IMG/VR virus record: IMGVR_UViG_3300022307_000001 | Location: 1-48,173 of that record | DNA length: 48,173 nucleotides | From: a virus | Direction: 5' to 3' (one strand) | Shown here: piece after piece, positions 1-9,864 of the stretch | Layout: every line of letters begins with the position of its first letter | Numbering within the stretch: position 1 is the stretch's first letter | The notes under the pieces: generated by a model | Told to the model about the DNA's origin: nothing | The model's input: only the letters and a program-made list of their open reading frames with translations | Databases searched by the model: none | Made by a program: the position numbers and the translations under genes

Positions 1-127
1 TGCCGCTACATTGCTAGGTTCTCTTTCGGGAGGTAAGTCTTTTTGGAATGAAGCTGCTATTTTTGTGGGGTCACTTGGGTCTACTACACCTATTCTGTCA
101 CCAAGGTCTACAACCTTACCAGCTCTT
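1..127. repeat. 127-nt terminal direct repeat identical to 48047..48173 (circular-assembly overlap or short terminal redundancy)
   Basis: tgccgctacattgctagg...caaccttaccagctctt occurs exactly at both window ends. A minus-strand ORF is continuous across the join. Confidence 0.95.
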
Positions 128-837
128 TGCAGGTTTAGAAATTGAGTCTGGTCTTCTCCTGACAGTTTCTTAAAGAACTTAAACTCCATAACACTAGCCG
201 GGTCTTTTATTTGCTCTGCACCTTCTGGGTCGTATCTGCCAAGACCTCTTTTCTTTAGCTCTTCTTCTTTGCGTATCTCTTGAGCAAAATCGACTTCGCT
301 TTTTATGGTTTTCCCTACTTCTTCTATTGCGCCTGAGTATGTTTTAATCTTTTTTTCATCGGCAAGTCTTTCTGCTCTTTTCTTTATTTGCATGATATGT
401 TCTTGCCCCTGTACTGGGTTCATTTGGCCAGTTGCGACAAGAGTGTTCACTTGTGAAATATCATTTAATACACCGTCTAAAATCTTTTTACCTTCCTGGT
501 CTATTGCCTGGAAATCAAGCGTAGGCATAGCCGCTGCGCCAAGATACGGGTTCATTATTTTGCCATATCCATCATAGGCTTGCTGTCTTACTTCAACTGG
601 AAGGGACTTATCTGAAAACGTAGTCGATAATGTATCTCCTATTTTAACGGCACGGTTGAATTTATCTTTCTCTAATGCCGCTTGTTGTGCTGCTATTGCC
701 GCCTTATTCTTTTCTTTTTCCATCTGGAAAAGCTCAAGTTTCATTTTCCGGTCTTCGTCACTTCGCCTTGACTCTTTAGCAGTAGAAAACCCTTGGAGAA
801 ATCCTTGTGTTAATGCGGTATATGGATCGGTAGCCAT
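1..837 (-). CDS. N-terminal 279 codons of a 478-aa virion protein (putative internal/ejection protein) that wraps around the window ends
   Basis: ATG at 837-835 is preceded by AGGTG. I checked every in-phase triplet from 837 to 1 and found no tta/cta/tca. The frame continues at 48046 into ORF 47447..47833 once the 127-nt overlap is removed. Confidence 0.8.
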   Translation of the reverse strand, partial: MATDPYTALTQGFLQGFSTAKESRRSDEDRKMKLELFQMEKEKNKAAIAAQQAALEKDKFNRAVKIGDTLSTTFSDKSLPVEVRQQAYDGYGKIMNPYLGAAAMPTLDFQAIDQEGKKILDGVLNDISQVNTLVATGQMNPVQGQEHIMQIKKRAERLADEKKIKTYSGAIEEVGKTIKSEVDFAQEIRKEEELKKRGLGRYDPEGAEQIKDPASVMEFKFFKKLSGEDQTQFLNLQRAGKVVDLGDRIGVVDPSDPTKIAASFQKDLPPEREPSNVAA

Positions 838-846
838 GTTTTACAC

Positions 847-1524
847 CTATAGTTTTTTTAATAGACTTCCCACAGGGTCTATAATAGCTCCCGCTGTGCT
901 GCCCAAATGTTTTGTGCCAAATTCAGATAGCATACTCTGTCCAGGATATGCCCATTGATGTGACGCGGCTGCAAAGTTTCCGAGGCTTGGGTCTTTGTCG
1001 AACTCTTCGCCAGGGGTTAAACCAAGGCCAAGTTTCTCGCTTACATATCCCTGCCACGGATCATTGGCGAATTTACCCTGTAACACCCCGCCCTCATTCC
1101 TGCCGCTTTTTCTGGTGGACTCAGCCATCATTGCTTGCGCTATTATTGCCGCACCTACTATGCCGCCAGTCTGACCACTCATATGAAAGCCACCACTTGT
1201 AGGGGCAGTGCCACCAGTTTGTCCGGTTTGTGCTGCTTCTCCACCGCCCATCTTCTGCTTCAACATCTCCATGCCTTTATCTTGTAATTTGCTTTTGATC
1301 CTATCCTGCGCAAATTCCTGTAGGCTCCCTTGGTTCTGTTGACGTTGTTGCGGATTGGCCTGCCGGTATGGTTGGTCTGGTAGCGATACCGCCATAGTTT
1401 GCGCTGTGTTGTCGTCCATAGAGTCTAAACTATCCAGCAACTTAGCCCGTTCTTCTGGCGGCAGGTTCGCAAACATTTGTGAGTTCATTAAATGACTCAA
1501 TATATTCATTTTTGCTAGTGCCAT
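847..1524 (-). CDS. hypothetical virion protein, Gln/Gly-rich (internal-protein position)
   Basis: 225-aa ORF tightly packed in the late operon. It has QQRQQNQ and GGGEAAQTGQTGG tracts. No catalytic motif recognised. Confidence 0.6.
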   Translation of the reverse strand: MALAKMNILSHLMNSQMFANLPPEERAKLLDSLDSMDDNTAQTMAVSLPDQPYRQANPQQRQQNQGSLQEFAQDRIKSKLQDKGMEMLKQKMGGGEAAQTGQTGGTAPTSGGFHMSGQTGGIVGAAIIAQAMMAESTRKSGRNEGGVLQGKFANDPWQGYVSEKLGLGLTPGEEFDKDPSLGNFAAASHQWAYPGQSMLSEFGTKHLGSTAGAIIDPVGSLLKKL

Positions 1525-1526
1525 AT

Positions 1527-2228
1527 TTAGCTACCCATCCCGAACTTTCCGCCAGCTCCCATATATGATCCGACACCTGTGCCAACCATGCCCATCAAGC
1601 CGCTTAACAAGCCGCTTTGGTTTTGGGCGTTTATCTGTTCTGCGCCGAATTGCATCTGCCTCTGCATCTGGTATGGTTGCAGCGCACTTTGATATGCACC
1701 CGAACTTGTTGGAGAGGCAAACGCTCCAAGATTACTTAGCCCTTGTTGCTGGGTACCCTGCAAGAATCCTAGCCTGCTTTCAAGCAAACCTTCTCCAGTA
1801 GTTATTTGACCCCTTCGGGCTTCTTCTCTTAGCAACTCTGCTCTTTTCTGAAACTCGCTCATTGACTGCTGCCCTGCGGTTGTCTGCGACCAATCAGGGC
1901 CAAGTCGTGTTGCAAGGTTTTCCTGTAAGGCTGATTGCTGGCCAGCTAATTCTTTTTCCATCGCTGGGCTTATCGGCAACTCACCCTTAAGGGCTTGCAA
2001 TTGCCTCTGTTCATATAGTTGTGCTAATTCATCTGGTTCTTTTTCCAGCTTTGTAACCGTCCCATCGTCTTCTATCTGGAATCCTAACGATTCAAGAATA
2101 AAGGGCTGGAACTGTTCTGAAAGAGCGTTTTGTTTCTTTAGCTGCTCCACCTGCATTTTTTGCAGTTCTATCTCTTCTGCCGTTGGGCCAGGAACATTTA
2201 CATCTCCACCACCGCCAAAGCATCCCAT
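1527..2228 (-). CDS. hypothetical virion protein with a glycine-zipper-like C-terminus
   Basis: 233-aa ORF with N-terminal MGCFGGGG, a coiled-coil-like middle and C-terminal GLLSGLMGMVGTGVGSYMGAGG. Spacing to its neighbours is 1-3 nt. Confidence 0.6.
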   Translation of the reverse strand: MGCFGGGGDVNVPGPTAEEIELQKMQVEQLKKQNALSEQFQPFILESLGFQIEDDGTVTKLEKEPDELAQLYEQRQLQALKGELPISPAMEKELAGQQSALQENLATRLGPDWSQTTAGQQSMSEFQKRAELLREEARRGQITTGEGLLESRLGFLQGTQQQGLSNLGAFASPTSSGAYQSALQPYQMQRQMQFGAEQINAQNQSGLLSGLMGMVGTGVGSYMGAGGKFGMGS

Positions 2229-2229
2229 A

Positions 2230-2676
2230 TCATACCTCCATTACAAAATTATAACCTTGCATCCTGAACCCTTTTCTTTCGTAAAAGCTGGCAAGTTTTT
2301 CTGTTTTATGCCCTGAATTAGCACTCAGGTATATCTTTTTAACATTGTGGCGTTTTGCCCATTCTGTGTAATATTTAATCAGCCTAGCCGCTGATGAACC
2401 GCCTCTATGTGCTTTAGATACGATAAACACATATTCTTCTGCTATAATATCTGTTGACCATTGTGGGCTTGTAATGTCGGCGAACAACATCCCGGTCAAT
2501 ATCCCGTTTTCTTCGTTAACGATACCAAGTTTGTAAGGGCTTCCCATTATTTGCCAACACAAGTTTATAAACTTATCAGCCGACAGCGTTAAATCGTTTG
2601 AATCTGACTCCTGGTGTTTTTCAAGACCTAATTCAAATAAAGATGCTATGTCAGTTTCAATTATCGGTCTTATCAT
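2230..2676 (-). CDS. GNAT-family N-acetyltransferase
   Basis: 148 aa. Acetyl-CoA motif-A-like segment VSKAHRGGSSAARLIKYYTEWAK, followed by FYERKGF near the C-terminus. Confidence 0.7.
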   Translation of the reverse strand: MIRPIIETDIASLFELGLEKHQESDSNDLTLSADKFINLCWQIMGSPYKLGIVNEENGILTGMLFADITSPQWSTDIIAEEYVFIVSKAHRGGSSAARLIKYYTEWAKRHNVKKIYLSANSGHKTEKLASFYERKGFRMQGYNFVMEV

Positions 2677-2858
2677 TTTCTCATTAGGTTTATTAATGAT
2701 TTTGCTATAATCCCGTCTTGATCTTTCTTGTCAAGATTTGCGAAATATACAACTGCGTCATCAACTGGTAGCGACATGAAGGTCTGGTAAAATGTATCAC
2801 CTTCAAGCGATTTTTTATCTTTTGTTTTTTCAGGAGCGACAACCGATATTACCGTCAT
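2673..2858 (-). CDS. hypothetical protein
   Basis: 61-aa ORF with 4-nt overlaps to both neighbours in the late operon. Confidence 0.5.
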   Translation of the reverse strand: MTVISVVAPEKTKDKKSLEGDTFYQTFMSLPVDDAVVYFANLDKKDQDGIIAKSLINLMRK

Positions 2859-3229
2859 ATAATAACCTCCAACACTTTGTCAAAATGCGGCACTGATTTT
2901 ACCGTGAATAAATATGTACCTGGCGTGTCAGTATTTATTGTGGCGGTTCCATCTGTTATTTCTTCTAAAATATTTAATTCATCGCAAACTATAGTTGCCG
3001 GAATGTGCAAGTTGCTTATTGTGTTGCCGCTTGAGGTCGCAGGGCTTTCGCTTTTCATGTTGGGCGAATGAATAGCAAGCTCTGTGTTGATATAATATGT
3101 CTTGCCGGAGTACCTGCCTTCGACTTTTCCGTACCATGGGTCGATAGGATATTGGTCTAAACTACCTGTATCTGAAACGGTAGAATGAATCTCACCTGTA
3201 ATTGAATTGTAAATTGTAATGTCGCTCAT
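2855..3229 (-). CDS. hypothetical protein (possible fibre-associated)
   Basis: 124-aa ORF directly downstream of the fibre gene with a 4-nt overlap. Confidence 0.55.
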   Translation of the reverse strand: MSDITIYNSITGEIHSTVSDTGSLDQYPIDPWYGKVEGRYSGKTYYINTELAIHSPNMKSESPATSSGNTISNLHIPATIVCDELNILEEITDGTATINTDTPGTYLFTVKSVPHFDKVLEVII

Positions 3230-5082
3230 CGCTTTGTCTGCATGGCTATAATTATTCTGTCGTCAACGGTTATTGTACCGCTATCCCATGTGCCAGATGC
3301 CCTTATATGATAACTTGGCGTGGCGCTTCCAGCTGATGTGTCCCACCACATCCCAGTCACCCTTATTATCGGAGCCAGCCCAGCCCAACCAGGGCCAGAG
3401 GCGTATGTAAGGCTTCCAAGCAGTAGCTCGTCGGTGGTGTTTTTGCGTATATATATGTTTAGGCTTAACGCTGTGCTTGGGGTTGTCCTAGCCGTAAAAT
3501 AAAAACTGGCCAGCACTAAAACCGGGGATGATGTGTCTAGCCCCGACGTAGTGACTGATTGAAAATTGGTATCAGTTGATAATTGGGAAGCAGTATCAGT
3601 TTGGCTTGCTGATGTTTTGGTAATGCCGTTCGCATTAACATTGCCGGTTGCGATTAAATCACCAAACACTGTTGTAGTAGAGCCGACAACAGATAGACCA
3701 GTAGTCATTGTGCCAGCTGCCCCGGTTCCTAAATATGCTCGTGCTGTGCCGCCACTATTGTCGATCCAATAGCCAGACCCTGTGGCCGCAGCCGTCATGC
3801 CAGATTTGAAAACACCACCGGAGGCTACAGTAAGAGTCTCATCAACGCTTAAGGTGCCCATATTAGATGCTAAAACGTCAAGTTGTGTCCCAGATATCTG
3901 AGTAGCAGTTATTGTGTCTGTGGTTATTTTAGAGGCATCCAGGGAGCCAGCTGCTATTCTTGCCGCTGATAAGGTGCCAGCGTTTATTTTATTGGCACTT
4001 AGGTCTGCTATTTTTGCGTCGTTTACGGCTAAATTATCTATAAGTGCATTGGTGATCTGGGCGTTGCCTATATGCACTGTGGCGATAGCTCCTGCTGCTA
4101 TTGCGGCTGTGCCTACTGCTATCATCCCAGCGCCCACGAAATCGGCGGTTACTACGCTCTCAGATGCAAGCGCCCCAAACGCTGAACCGTTCAATGTGCC
4201 GGTTATATCTCCAGCAAAGGTAGCGTTAGAGGCCGGTCTATATGGGTCTTCTGCGGCTAAAGAACATTGGATAAGTGATGATTTAATTATTTCTGCTGCG
4301 TTTATATCTGGGTCTACGTGTCGGTATGCTTGGACACCAAAGGTATAGTATTTATTTATTGCCATACCATAGAAGATAAACGCTCTTTTCACTGCCGGAA
4401 TTGACCAAGCTTGTTCTTCTGCTACAGTTGTTCCAAAGTTGTAGGATGCACTTGAAGTAGAGTTTCTTAAAAATACTATGAACCCATCAATATCCTCGTT
4501 GGCCCCGGCCCACGTCCATTCAAAACTTATATCACACGAACCATCTGTATTGGCTACATGGTCTATTGCGGTTCCGTCAGCCGCTATGACAGGGCTTGTT
4601 ATTGCAGTTGCATCTCTATCGTTTCTATTGTTAAAGTTTGTCGCTGCGGTGTCTATGGAGGAAAGAGCCGTCCCTGTCCCGTCTAATTGCACTGTAGATG
4701 GAATTGAGGTTCTATTATCGCTTGCGTAGTCTTCCGGCTGGCTTGCCGCCCCGGACATATGGGTAGACCAGTCTATTTGACCGGCTGCTATTTTGCCAGC
4801 AGTTATAAGTAGGTCTTTTAACTTGTCGGTACTTATGGCCAGGTCTGCTATTTTTGCTGTGGTAATAAGCTCGTCTGCTATTCCTTCGTTTACTACAATT
4901 TGGTCTATAAACTTATACCCTGTGTAACTTGCGCCATCAACCGTGCCTGTATAAGACTCCACAACTCCTGCTTCTATTAATGCAGCAAGATTGGTTAATG
5001 TAGAATCGGTTCCGTCAGCCAAATACAATGTTATTGTATCAGTTGACGAATCCATCTTATATTTTGCGGTTATTTTAGCCAT
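3226..5082 (-). CDS. tail fibre protein
   Basis: 618 aa. Repetitive shaft-like strings: ITTAKIADLAISTDKLKDLLITAGKIAAGQI and NAQITNALIDNLAVNDAKIADLSANKINAGTLSAARIAAGSLDASKITTDTITATQISG. Confidence 0.6.
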   Translation of the reverse strand: MAKITAKYKMDSSTDTITLYLADGTDSTLTNLAALIEAGVVESYTGTVDGASYTGYKFIDQIVVNEGIADELITTAKIADLAISTDKLKDLLITAGKIAAGQIDWSTHMSGAASQPEDYASDNRTSIPSTVQLDGTGTALSSIDTAATNFNNRNDRDATAITSPVIAADGTAIDHVANTDGSCDISFEWTWAGANEDIDGFIVFLRNSTSSASYNFGTTVAEEQAWSIPAVKRAFIFYGMAINKYYTFGVQAYRHVDPDINAAEIIKSSLIQCSLAAEDPYRPASNATFAGDITGTLNGSAFGALASESVVTADFVGAGMIAVGTAAIAAGAIATVHIGNAQITNALIDNLAVNDAKIADLSANKINAGTLSAARIAAGSLDASKITTDTITATQISGTQLDVLASNMGTLSVDETLTVASGGVFKSGMTAAATGSGYWIDNSGGTARAYLGTGAAGTMTTGLSVVGSTTTVFGDLIATGNVNANGITKTSASQTDTASQLSTDTNFQSVTTSGLDTSSPVLVLASFYFTARTTPSTALSLNIYIRKNTTDELLLGSLTYASGPGWAGLAPIIRVTGMWWDTSAGSATPSYHIRASGTWDSGTITVDDRIIIAMQTKR

Positions 5083-7220
5083 TACTCAGGTTCATTGCCT
5101 AGAGGTTTTAAGTCAGTAAGTATTTGTGATATAAAAAAATCTTCCCCGGCTGTAGCGTTGTATATTTCGTACTGTATTCTCTTGCCGTTATTGCCTAGTT
5201 TAAACTCGTAATTTTTCACGCCAGTTTGTGCGGTTATGCTACGCTTAGACATTGTGTTGCTGTCTATTGTAGGGATTATTGTTATTTTCTCTGTGCCTTG
5301 AGGATCTATTACCAGGAATCCTCTTTTAAAGTTCTTCTGGCTTCTATTATCAGTAAGCCCGTTTAGAGGTGTTTTAAACCCGGAATAATATGCAAGTGCG
5401 TTATCTGACTTAGCGGTATTTTCAAGGCTCCACACGGTGCCGGTAAAATCTCCAGTGTAGACTTGATATTGGCCTGCCCCAACCCTTATTAAGGCAGAGC
5501 TACAGGCTTTATACCCAGATGGGTTTGTGTAATTTCCGGCTTGATCTGTTTGGTTATCGTGGATCATCCAACCGTCTTTTGCTCCACGGTCTAAGAAGTA
5601 AACTAAAGCCGTGTCTACCTTTGTTTGTCCTGTTCTGACTATAAAGTATTTTACTGCCCTTAAAACAGGATCATAGATGCCGTGAAACCTGTTTATATAC
5701 GAAAGTCTTACATTGTCTTGTATCCATTTATGGATGTATGACGGCCTTACTACCGAGGCTTGTTTGTAGTCTCCATATTGCTGGGCTGCGTTAACTGAGT
5801 AAATATCGCCTTCATCAGTCATGCAAAGGACATCGTTAGGAGTTTTTACAATTAACCTGAAATGTGCAACCCCGCCTTCCCAAGGTGCTTGCACATATCC
5901 CCAATTAGATGTGTTGGTGTCTGCATCGTCTATGACGTAGGCTCTTCTTTTACCAAAGCAAAAGAGTTTATCGTTCATCTCAACCGCCCCGGTTAGCCCG
6001 AATCCATCGCCAGTATCTATCTTAAACGTTGCTACAGAGGCATCATCTAAATCTTCCGGCAAGTTATTAGGGCTTACATATACCGTATATGGAGTTGAAG
6101 GGCATCCTATGTACCACATTCTTTGTGAGTTGCCACGACCGTGCTTTATGCATTGTTGTGGGTAATTAGTCCCAGACCAATCGGTAGGCAGTGACGAGGC
6201 ATCGCTGGTTGACGGTGCTGTTGCTCCTAAAGAGCCGTCAGCTACATTATCTGTGAATGTGGTGGTCGTATTGTCAGACAGAGTTGTTAAAAGCTTGTAG
6301 GTCGCCCCTCCGCCTTCTGTTCTATATATTTTTCTAGCAGTAACACCACTTCCGCCTACTGGTATTTCTGTGAGGTCAACTTGATCGTCGGTTGATATGG
6401 TTGCCAAAACTGCTGATGCAGTACCAGCCGCTGTTTCGCCATGTGCGTTAACAAATGTTACTTTGTAATAATAATTAGCTGGAGCGTCTAGTAGGATGCC
6501 AGAACCTGTGCCGGATGTGGCCGCTGTTAGAGCTGTTGGTGCTGTTATCCCGGCAACCCCTATGTCTGAGGTCGAAGAGGCAGAACCATCCCAAGTTTGC
6601 GGAATATCTTTGCCATTACAAACATAAAGAGTATCGTTAAATTGTTCAAACGATGTGTATCTGTCTACTGAAAAGTCGGCATGAATTATAGAGCTTGCAC
6701 CGTCCCATAAATGCCCAAGGTCATCAGATGAGACTATATGTGCAGCGGCACCAGCTGGCATAAAGTCATATAGTCCGTTTATCTCTGGAGGTGTGTTATA
6801 TTGTATGGCCGTGCCGTCGCCGGTAGAATCGGTCAAGGCTTCATCAAGAACTAGAATTGTATTCGTACCGTTAAAAGACGACGATCCTACAGTATATTGA
6901 CCATCATTCGCGGTGCTTCCTGCAATTGTTATAACTGTTGTCGCTGTGAAAAATGCAGTTCTATCGCCATATGATGAATTTAATGTTATTGTATCTGGAT
7001 TGGCTGTGTGGTCAGCCGCCGATATAGAGAGGGCTGTTTGTCCAAACGGGTCAGAGTTAATCTTTATTGTTCCGCCACGTTTTTGCCTTCCGCCGTTTGT
7101 AAGGTTTATGTTCTTAGAGCCATCCACCATTGCTGAGGCATCCATCAACTCCTGGTTAGGTGTGTCGTTTAAACCACCAGCGTTACATGGTATTTGGTGT
7201 GTCTGTCCTGTATAGCTCAT
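5082..7220 (-). CDS. tail tubular protein B / nozzle-like structural protein
   Basis: 712 aa. The N-terminus NAGGLNDTPNQ..VDGSKNINLTNGGRQKRGG resembles the T7 gp12 N-terminal signature GGISQQP..VNG..GLQKRP. The gene-order position fits. Confidence 0.45.
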   Translation of the reverse strand: MSYTGQTHQIPCNAGGLNDTPNQELMDASAMVDGSKNINLTNGGRQKRGGTIKINSDPFGQTALSISAADHTANPDTITLNSSYGDRTAFFTATTVITIAGSTANDGQYTVGSSSFNGTNTILVLDEALTDSTGDGTAIQYNTPPEINGLYDFMPAGAAAHIVSSDDLGHLWDGASSIIHADFSVDRYTSFEQFNDTLYVCNGKDIPQTWDGSASSTSDIGVAGITAPTALTAATSGTGSGILLDAPANYYYKVTFVNAHGETAAGTASAVLATISTDDQVDLTEIPVGGSGVTARKIYRTEGGGATYKLLTTLSDNTTTTFTDNVADGSLGATAPSTSDASSLPTDWSGTNYPQQCIKHGRGNSQRMWYIGCPSTPYTVYVSPNNLPEDLDDASVATFKIDTGDGFGLTGAVEMNDKLFCFGKRRAYVIDDADTNTSNWGYVQAPWEGGVAHFRLIVKTPNDVLCMTDEGDIYSVNAAQQYGDYKQASVVRPSYIHKWIQDNVRLSYINRFHGIYDPVLRAVKYFIVRTGQTKVDTALVYFLDRGAKDGWMIHDNQTDQAGNYTNPSGYKACSSALIRVGAGQYQVYTGDFTGTVWSLENTAKSDNALAYYSGFKTPLNGLTDNRSQKNFKRGFLVIDPQGTEKITIIPTIDSNTMSKRSITAQTGVKNYEFKLGNNGKRIQYEIYNATAGEDFFISQILTDLKPLGNEPE

Positions 7221-8107
7221 ACGGTGAACCCGTCAAATTCAACCCCGTAAGGAGTCTCTTTGGCCAAAAGGTTTACTTTCAGCCGTTCGTATTCAGATTT
7301 ATAAACTTGGTACTTACTATCATCCTCGTCTTCCGCTACCTTTGCTGCAACTCCGTTGACTAGCACGTTATACCAAAGTCTGTTTATCCTGGCCATTGTG
7401 TCGGAGTCTTCGTCAACTTTGGTTATTTCAGCGTAATATCTCGTCATTATCCCGTAAGTTGCTTTATCGGTGGGCTTGTCCAGGATAAAATACTCTGCCC
7501 CTGCTTCTGAAACTTTGTTGTAGCTTGACGGTAGACCTTTTGAAAAATCGGTGCCAATGCCAGAAAATCCAATAATTGATTCGTCTTCCAGTTCGTGTGC
7601 TTCATCAACTATTAAATACACACTTGTTGCGTCAGGAGTTGTTGTCCATGCTGTATCTACCGTTACAACAAGGGTTGTTGTGTTGTAATCTGTGATTTGT
7701 CTTAACTGCGCAGAACCGGTTCCAGACGTTATGAGTATATAATTCCCCTCCGCCTCTTCTTCTGTGGCATCTTCTGCGGCGGCAAGGGTGATTGTTGATG
7801 CACCACCGGCTGTTGCTGTACCTGTGTGGGTGCCGTCGAGGATTGTTATAGATATTTCTTCGTCAAAATCTGTTGGGACTGAATATTTACTTAACCCTAC
7901 AGTGGAGATTTGTGTCGAAACTGATTGCAGCGACTTTAACCTGTTATTAAACGACCTTCCAGGAGAGGTGCATATATCCCCTAGTATTTCCCTTAAAAAG
8001 ACTTCCTCCGCTCTTGTTTGTTGTTCTGCTGTAGGTGAGGATATCCCTACCTTTTTAAGTCCCTCTAGTGCTATTTTTGCTGATGTTTGAGCTATTGGTA
8101 TTGCCAT
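7217..8107 (-). CDS. virion structural protein (adaptor / tubular-protein-A position)
   Basis: 296-aa ORF overlapping the nozzle gene start by 4 nt. No motif recognised. Confidence 0.5.
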   Translation of the reverse strand: MAIPIAQTSAKIALEGLKKVGISSPTAEQQTRAEEVFLREILGDICTSPGRSFNNRLKSLQSVSTQISTVGLSKYSVPTDFDEEISITILDGTHTGTATAGGASTITLAAAEDATEEEAEGNYILITSGTGSAQLRQITDYNTTTLVVTVDTAWTTTPDATSVYLIVDEAHELEDESIIGFSGIGTDFSKGLPSSYNKVSEAGAEYFILDKPTDKATYGIMTRYYAEITKVDEDSDTMARINRLWYNVLVNGVAAKVAEDEDDSKYQVYKSEYERLKVNLLAKETPYGVEFDGFTV

Positions 8108-8116
8108 TGTATCCCT

Positions 8117-9652
8117 CTAGTTAGTCTGATACCACCCGCCGAAACCGCTATCTACCTGCCCTGCTGCTTGGCCGCTTAAAACCCTAACCTCAATATCTGT
8201 TCTCGCACGAAATGTCTTTGGTTGTTGGTATGGCTTTGTGACTGATGTGCCTAATAGGTGCATTATATCTTTTGTCTGGAATGTTTCGCCAAATGGTCGG
8301 GCCAGGAGGACGAACTGGCTCCCTTTATTTGATGATTCGCCGTTAGACCAGTAGTTCATGTAAAATGTATAGTTGTCTGGGACTGTCCATTGTGCGGTAA
8401 GCGTCTGGTTCCTAGTCGCTGTTATTTGTAATAGCGCTGTAGCGCTGTCGTTTTTCTCTACCAAAATGTTTCCTTCGTTCCATTTTGATGATCCGGCTAG
8501 ATGCACCTGTGCTCTCCATATTCTTAAAAAACTTGTGGTTGTCGTCACATCTGTAGTCCCGTTGAGGATTATGTGTTCAGTCGTTTGTGTCCACACCCCA
8601 CCGGGAGTAGCTATGCCGGTTATAGACACAACGGCTGCGCCGGTATCGTTAGCATTAGCCACCCTATATGTGTCACCTGATGCATTTGAATACGCCACTC
8701 CAGAACCATCGCTCTCTCTTGCCATAACGTCGTGCATTTTTTCAACAGTTATAGTAGTTGCGTCAACTGCCGTTATAACCCCATGTATAGATTGAGTATC
8801 ATTTATAAGAAAATCTCCGACTGCCACACCGTCATTGACAAAATCCCCTGCTGTATCAACTAGAGTGGTGGTACTCCCGCCAGTTGCCGTGCCTGAGTCC
8901 TGCAATAGCCCTTGATCGTCAACATCCAAGCTAGATACCTTTAGCGCTTCTGCTGTCGTTAGATATGGATAGCCTGTAGGGACTGCGGTTCCAAGATCGC
9001 TGACTATTTCAAATGTGGTGTTGGTGTCTTGATTAGACCCGAATTTATCCAACGCAAAATGATTTAATACACTCCCTTGCGCATATCCGTATGTCGATGG
9101 TTCTGAATTTACTAAAAGCCTTTTGTCTGTGTCGATAGGGACAAGGGCATATGTGCCGTCTTCTTTTGCCCCTGAAATGTTTGATATGGTATTCATGGCC
9201 ATAGTGTCGTCGTTTTGTACCATTTTTAGCTGCTGGTATGAAGCACCTGTTGGTACAGGGCTAAGAATTAGCCTGAGTCGCATAACAGTTTGGGCATCGC
9301 TACCGTTTACATACTTTAACCGTAGATATTTTGCGCTTGGAGAATCGCTAAACCTTTGGCCGACATTAAGTTCAACAACATCTGTGACCAATACAGACTT
9401 ACCGACATTTACTCCGTCTGCTGATCTTTCTACGTAAAGGTCTCCCTGCACATCCGATTTAAACGTCACTATAAACGAACTAAAGATTTCAGTGTTTACC
9501 CACTCACCGGTATATGTCTCCCCTGCGCCTAACGCAGTTGTGGTAGAGTTGTGTGGGTCTATAAATTTTGTAGCTGCGACAATATTTGTGGTATCGGCAA
9601 TCGCATTGATAGGCCACAATAGTAACAGCAATAACAACAACATTTTTTTCAT
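8117..9652 (-). CDS. structural-module protein with an N-terminal signal peptide
   Basis: 511 aa. MKKMLLLLLLLLWPINAIA/DTT has the n-h-c architecture and an AxA cleavage site. The rest is beta-rich and T/S/G-rich. Confidence 0.6.
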   Translation of the reverse strand: MKKMLLLLLLLLWPINAIADTTNIVAATKFIDPHNSTTTALGAGETYTGEWVNTEIFSSFIVTFKSDVQGDLYVERSADGVNVGKSVLVTDVVELNVGQRFSDSPSAKYLRLKYVNGSDAQTVMRLRLILSPVPTGASYQQLKMVQNDDTMAMNTISNISGAKEDGTYALVPIDTDKRLLVNSEPSTYGYAQGSVLNHFALDKFGSNQDTNTTFEIVSDLGTAVPTGYPYLTTAEALKVSSLDVDDQGLLQDSGTATGGSTTTLVDTAGDFVNDGVAVGDFLINDTQSIHGVITAVDATTITVEKMHDVMARESDGSGVAYSNASGDTYRVANANDTGAAVVSITGIATPGGVWTQTTEHIILNGTTDVTTTTSFLRIWRAQVHLAGSSKWNEGNILVEKNDSATALLQITATRNQTLTAQWTVPDNYTFYMNYWSNGESSNKGSQFVLLARPFGETFQTKDIMHLLGTSVTKPYQQPKTFRARTDIEVRVLSGQAAGQVDSGFGGWYQTN

Positions 9653-9861
9653 TACTCGACCTCTGGTAGTTTGCTTTTACTTCTTAACTCTGGCTTTGTG
9701 TCGAGAGGATGAGGGTCATCAAAACAGTCTGGGCATACTTTAAAACCTTTTTGCCCTTTAGCCTTGCCTTTCCTCATTTGTGTAAAACGATAGTCAAACC
9801 CGCAAATGTCACATTCAACCAACCTATCCCCTGGTATATATCGCTTGGAATAAGTTACCAT
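9652..9861 (-). CDS. small zinc-ribbon protein
   Basis: 69 aa with paired Cys motifs CDICG ... CPDC. Confidence 0.55.
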   Translation of the reverse strand: MVTYSKRYIPGDRLVECDICGFDYRFTQMRKGKAKGQKGFKVCPDCFDDPHPLDTKPELRSKSKLPEVE

Positions 9862-9864
9862 TGG

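Noticed and set aside
1-127. Interpreting the 127-nt end repeat as a biological direct terminal repeat
   Set aside because: The length equals a common assembler k-mer, and the repeat falls in the middle of a gene. An assembly overlap of a circular or permuted genome is the simpler reading. This cannot be settled from sequence alone.
305-958. + strand ORFs 305..577 and 656..958 at the left edge
   Set aside because: They lie antisense to the wrapped 478-aa late gene, which is open through the whole region. They are hydrophobic/Ser-rich with no RBS.
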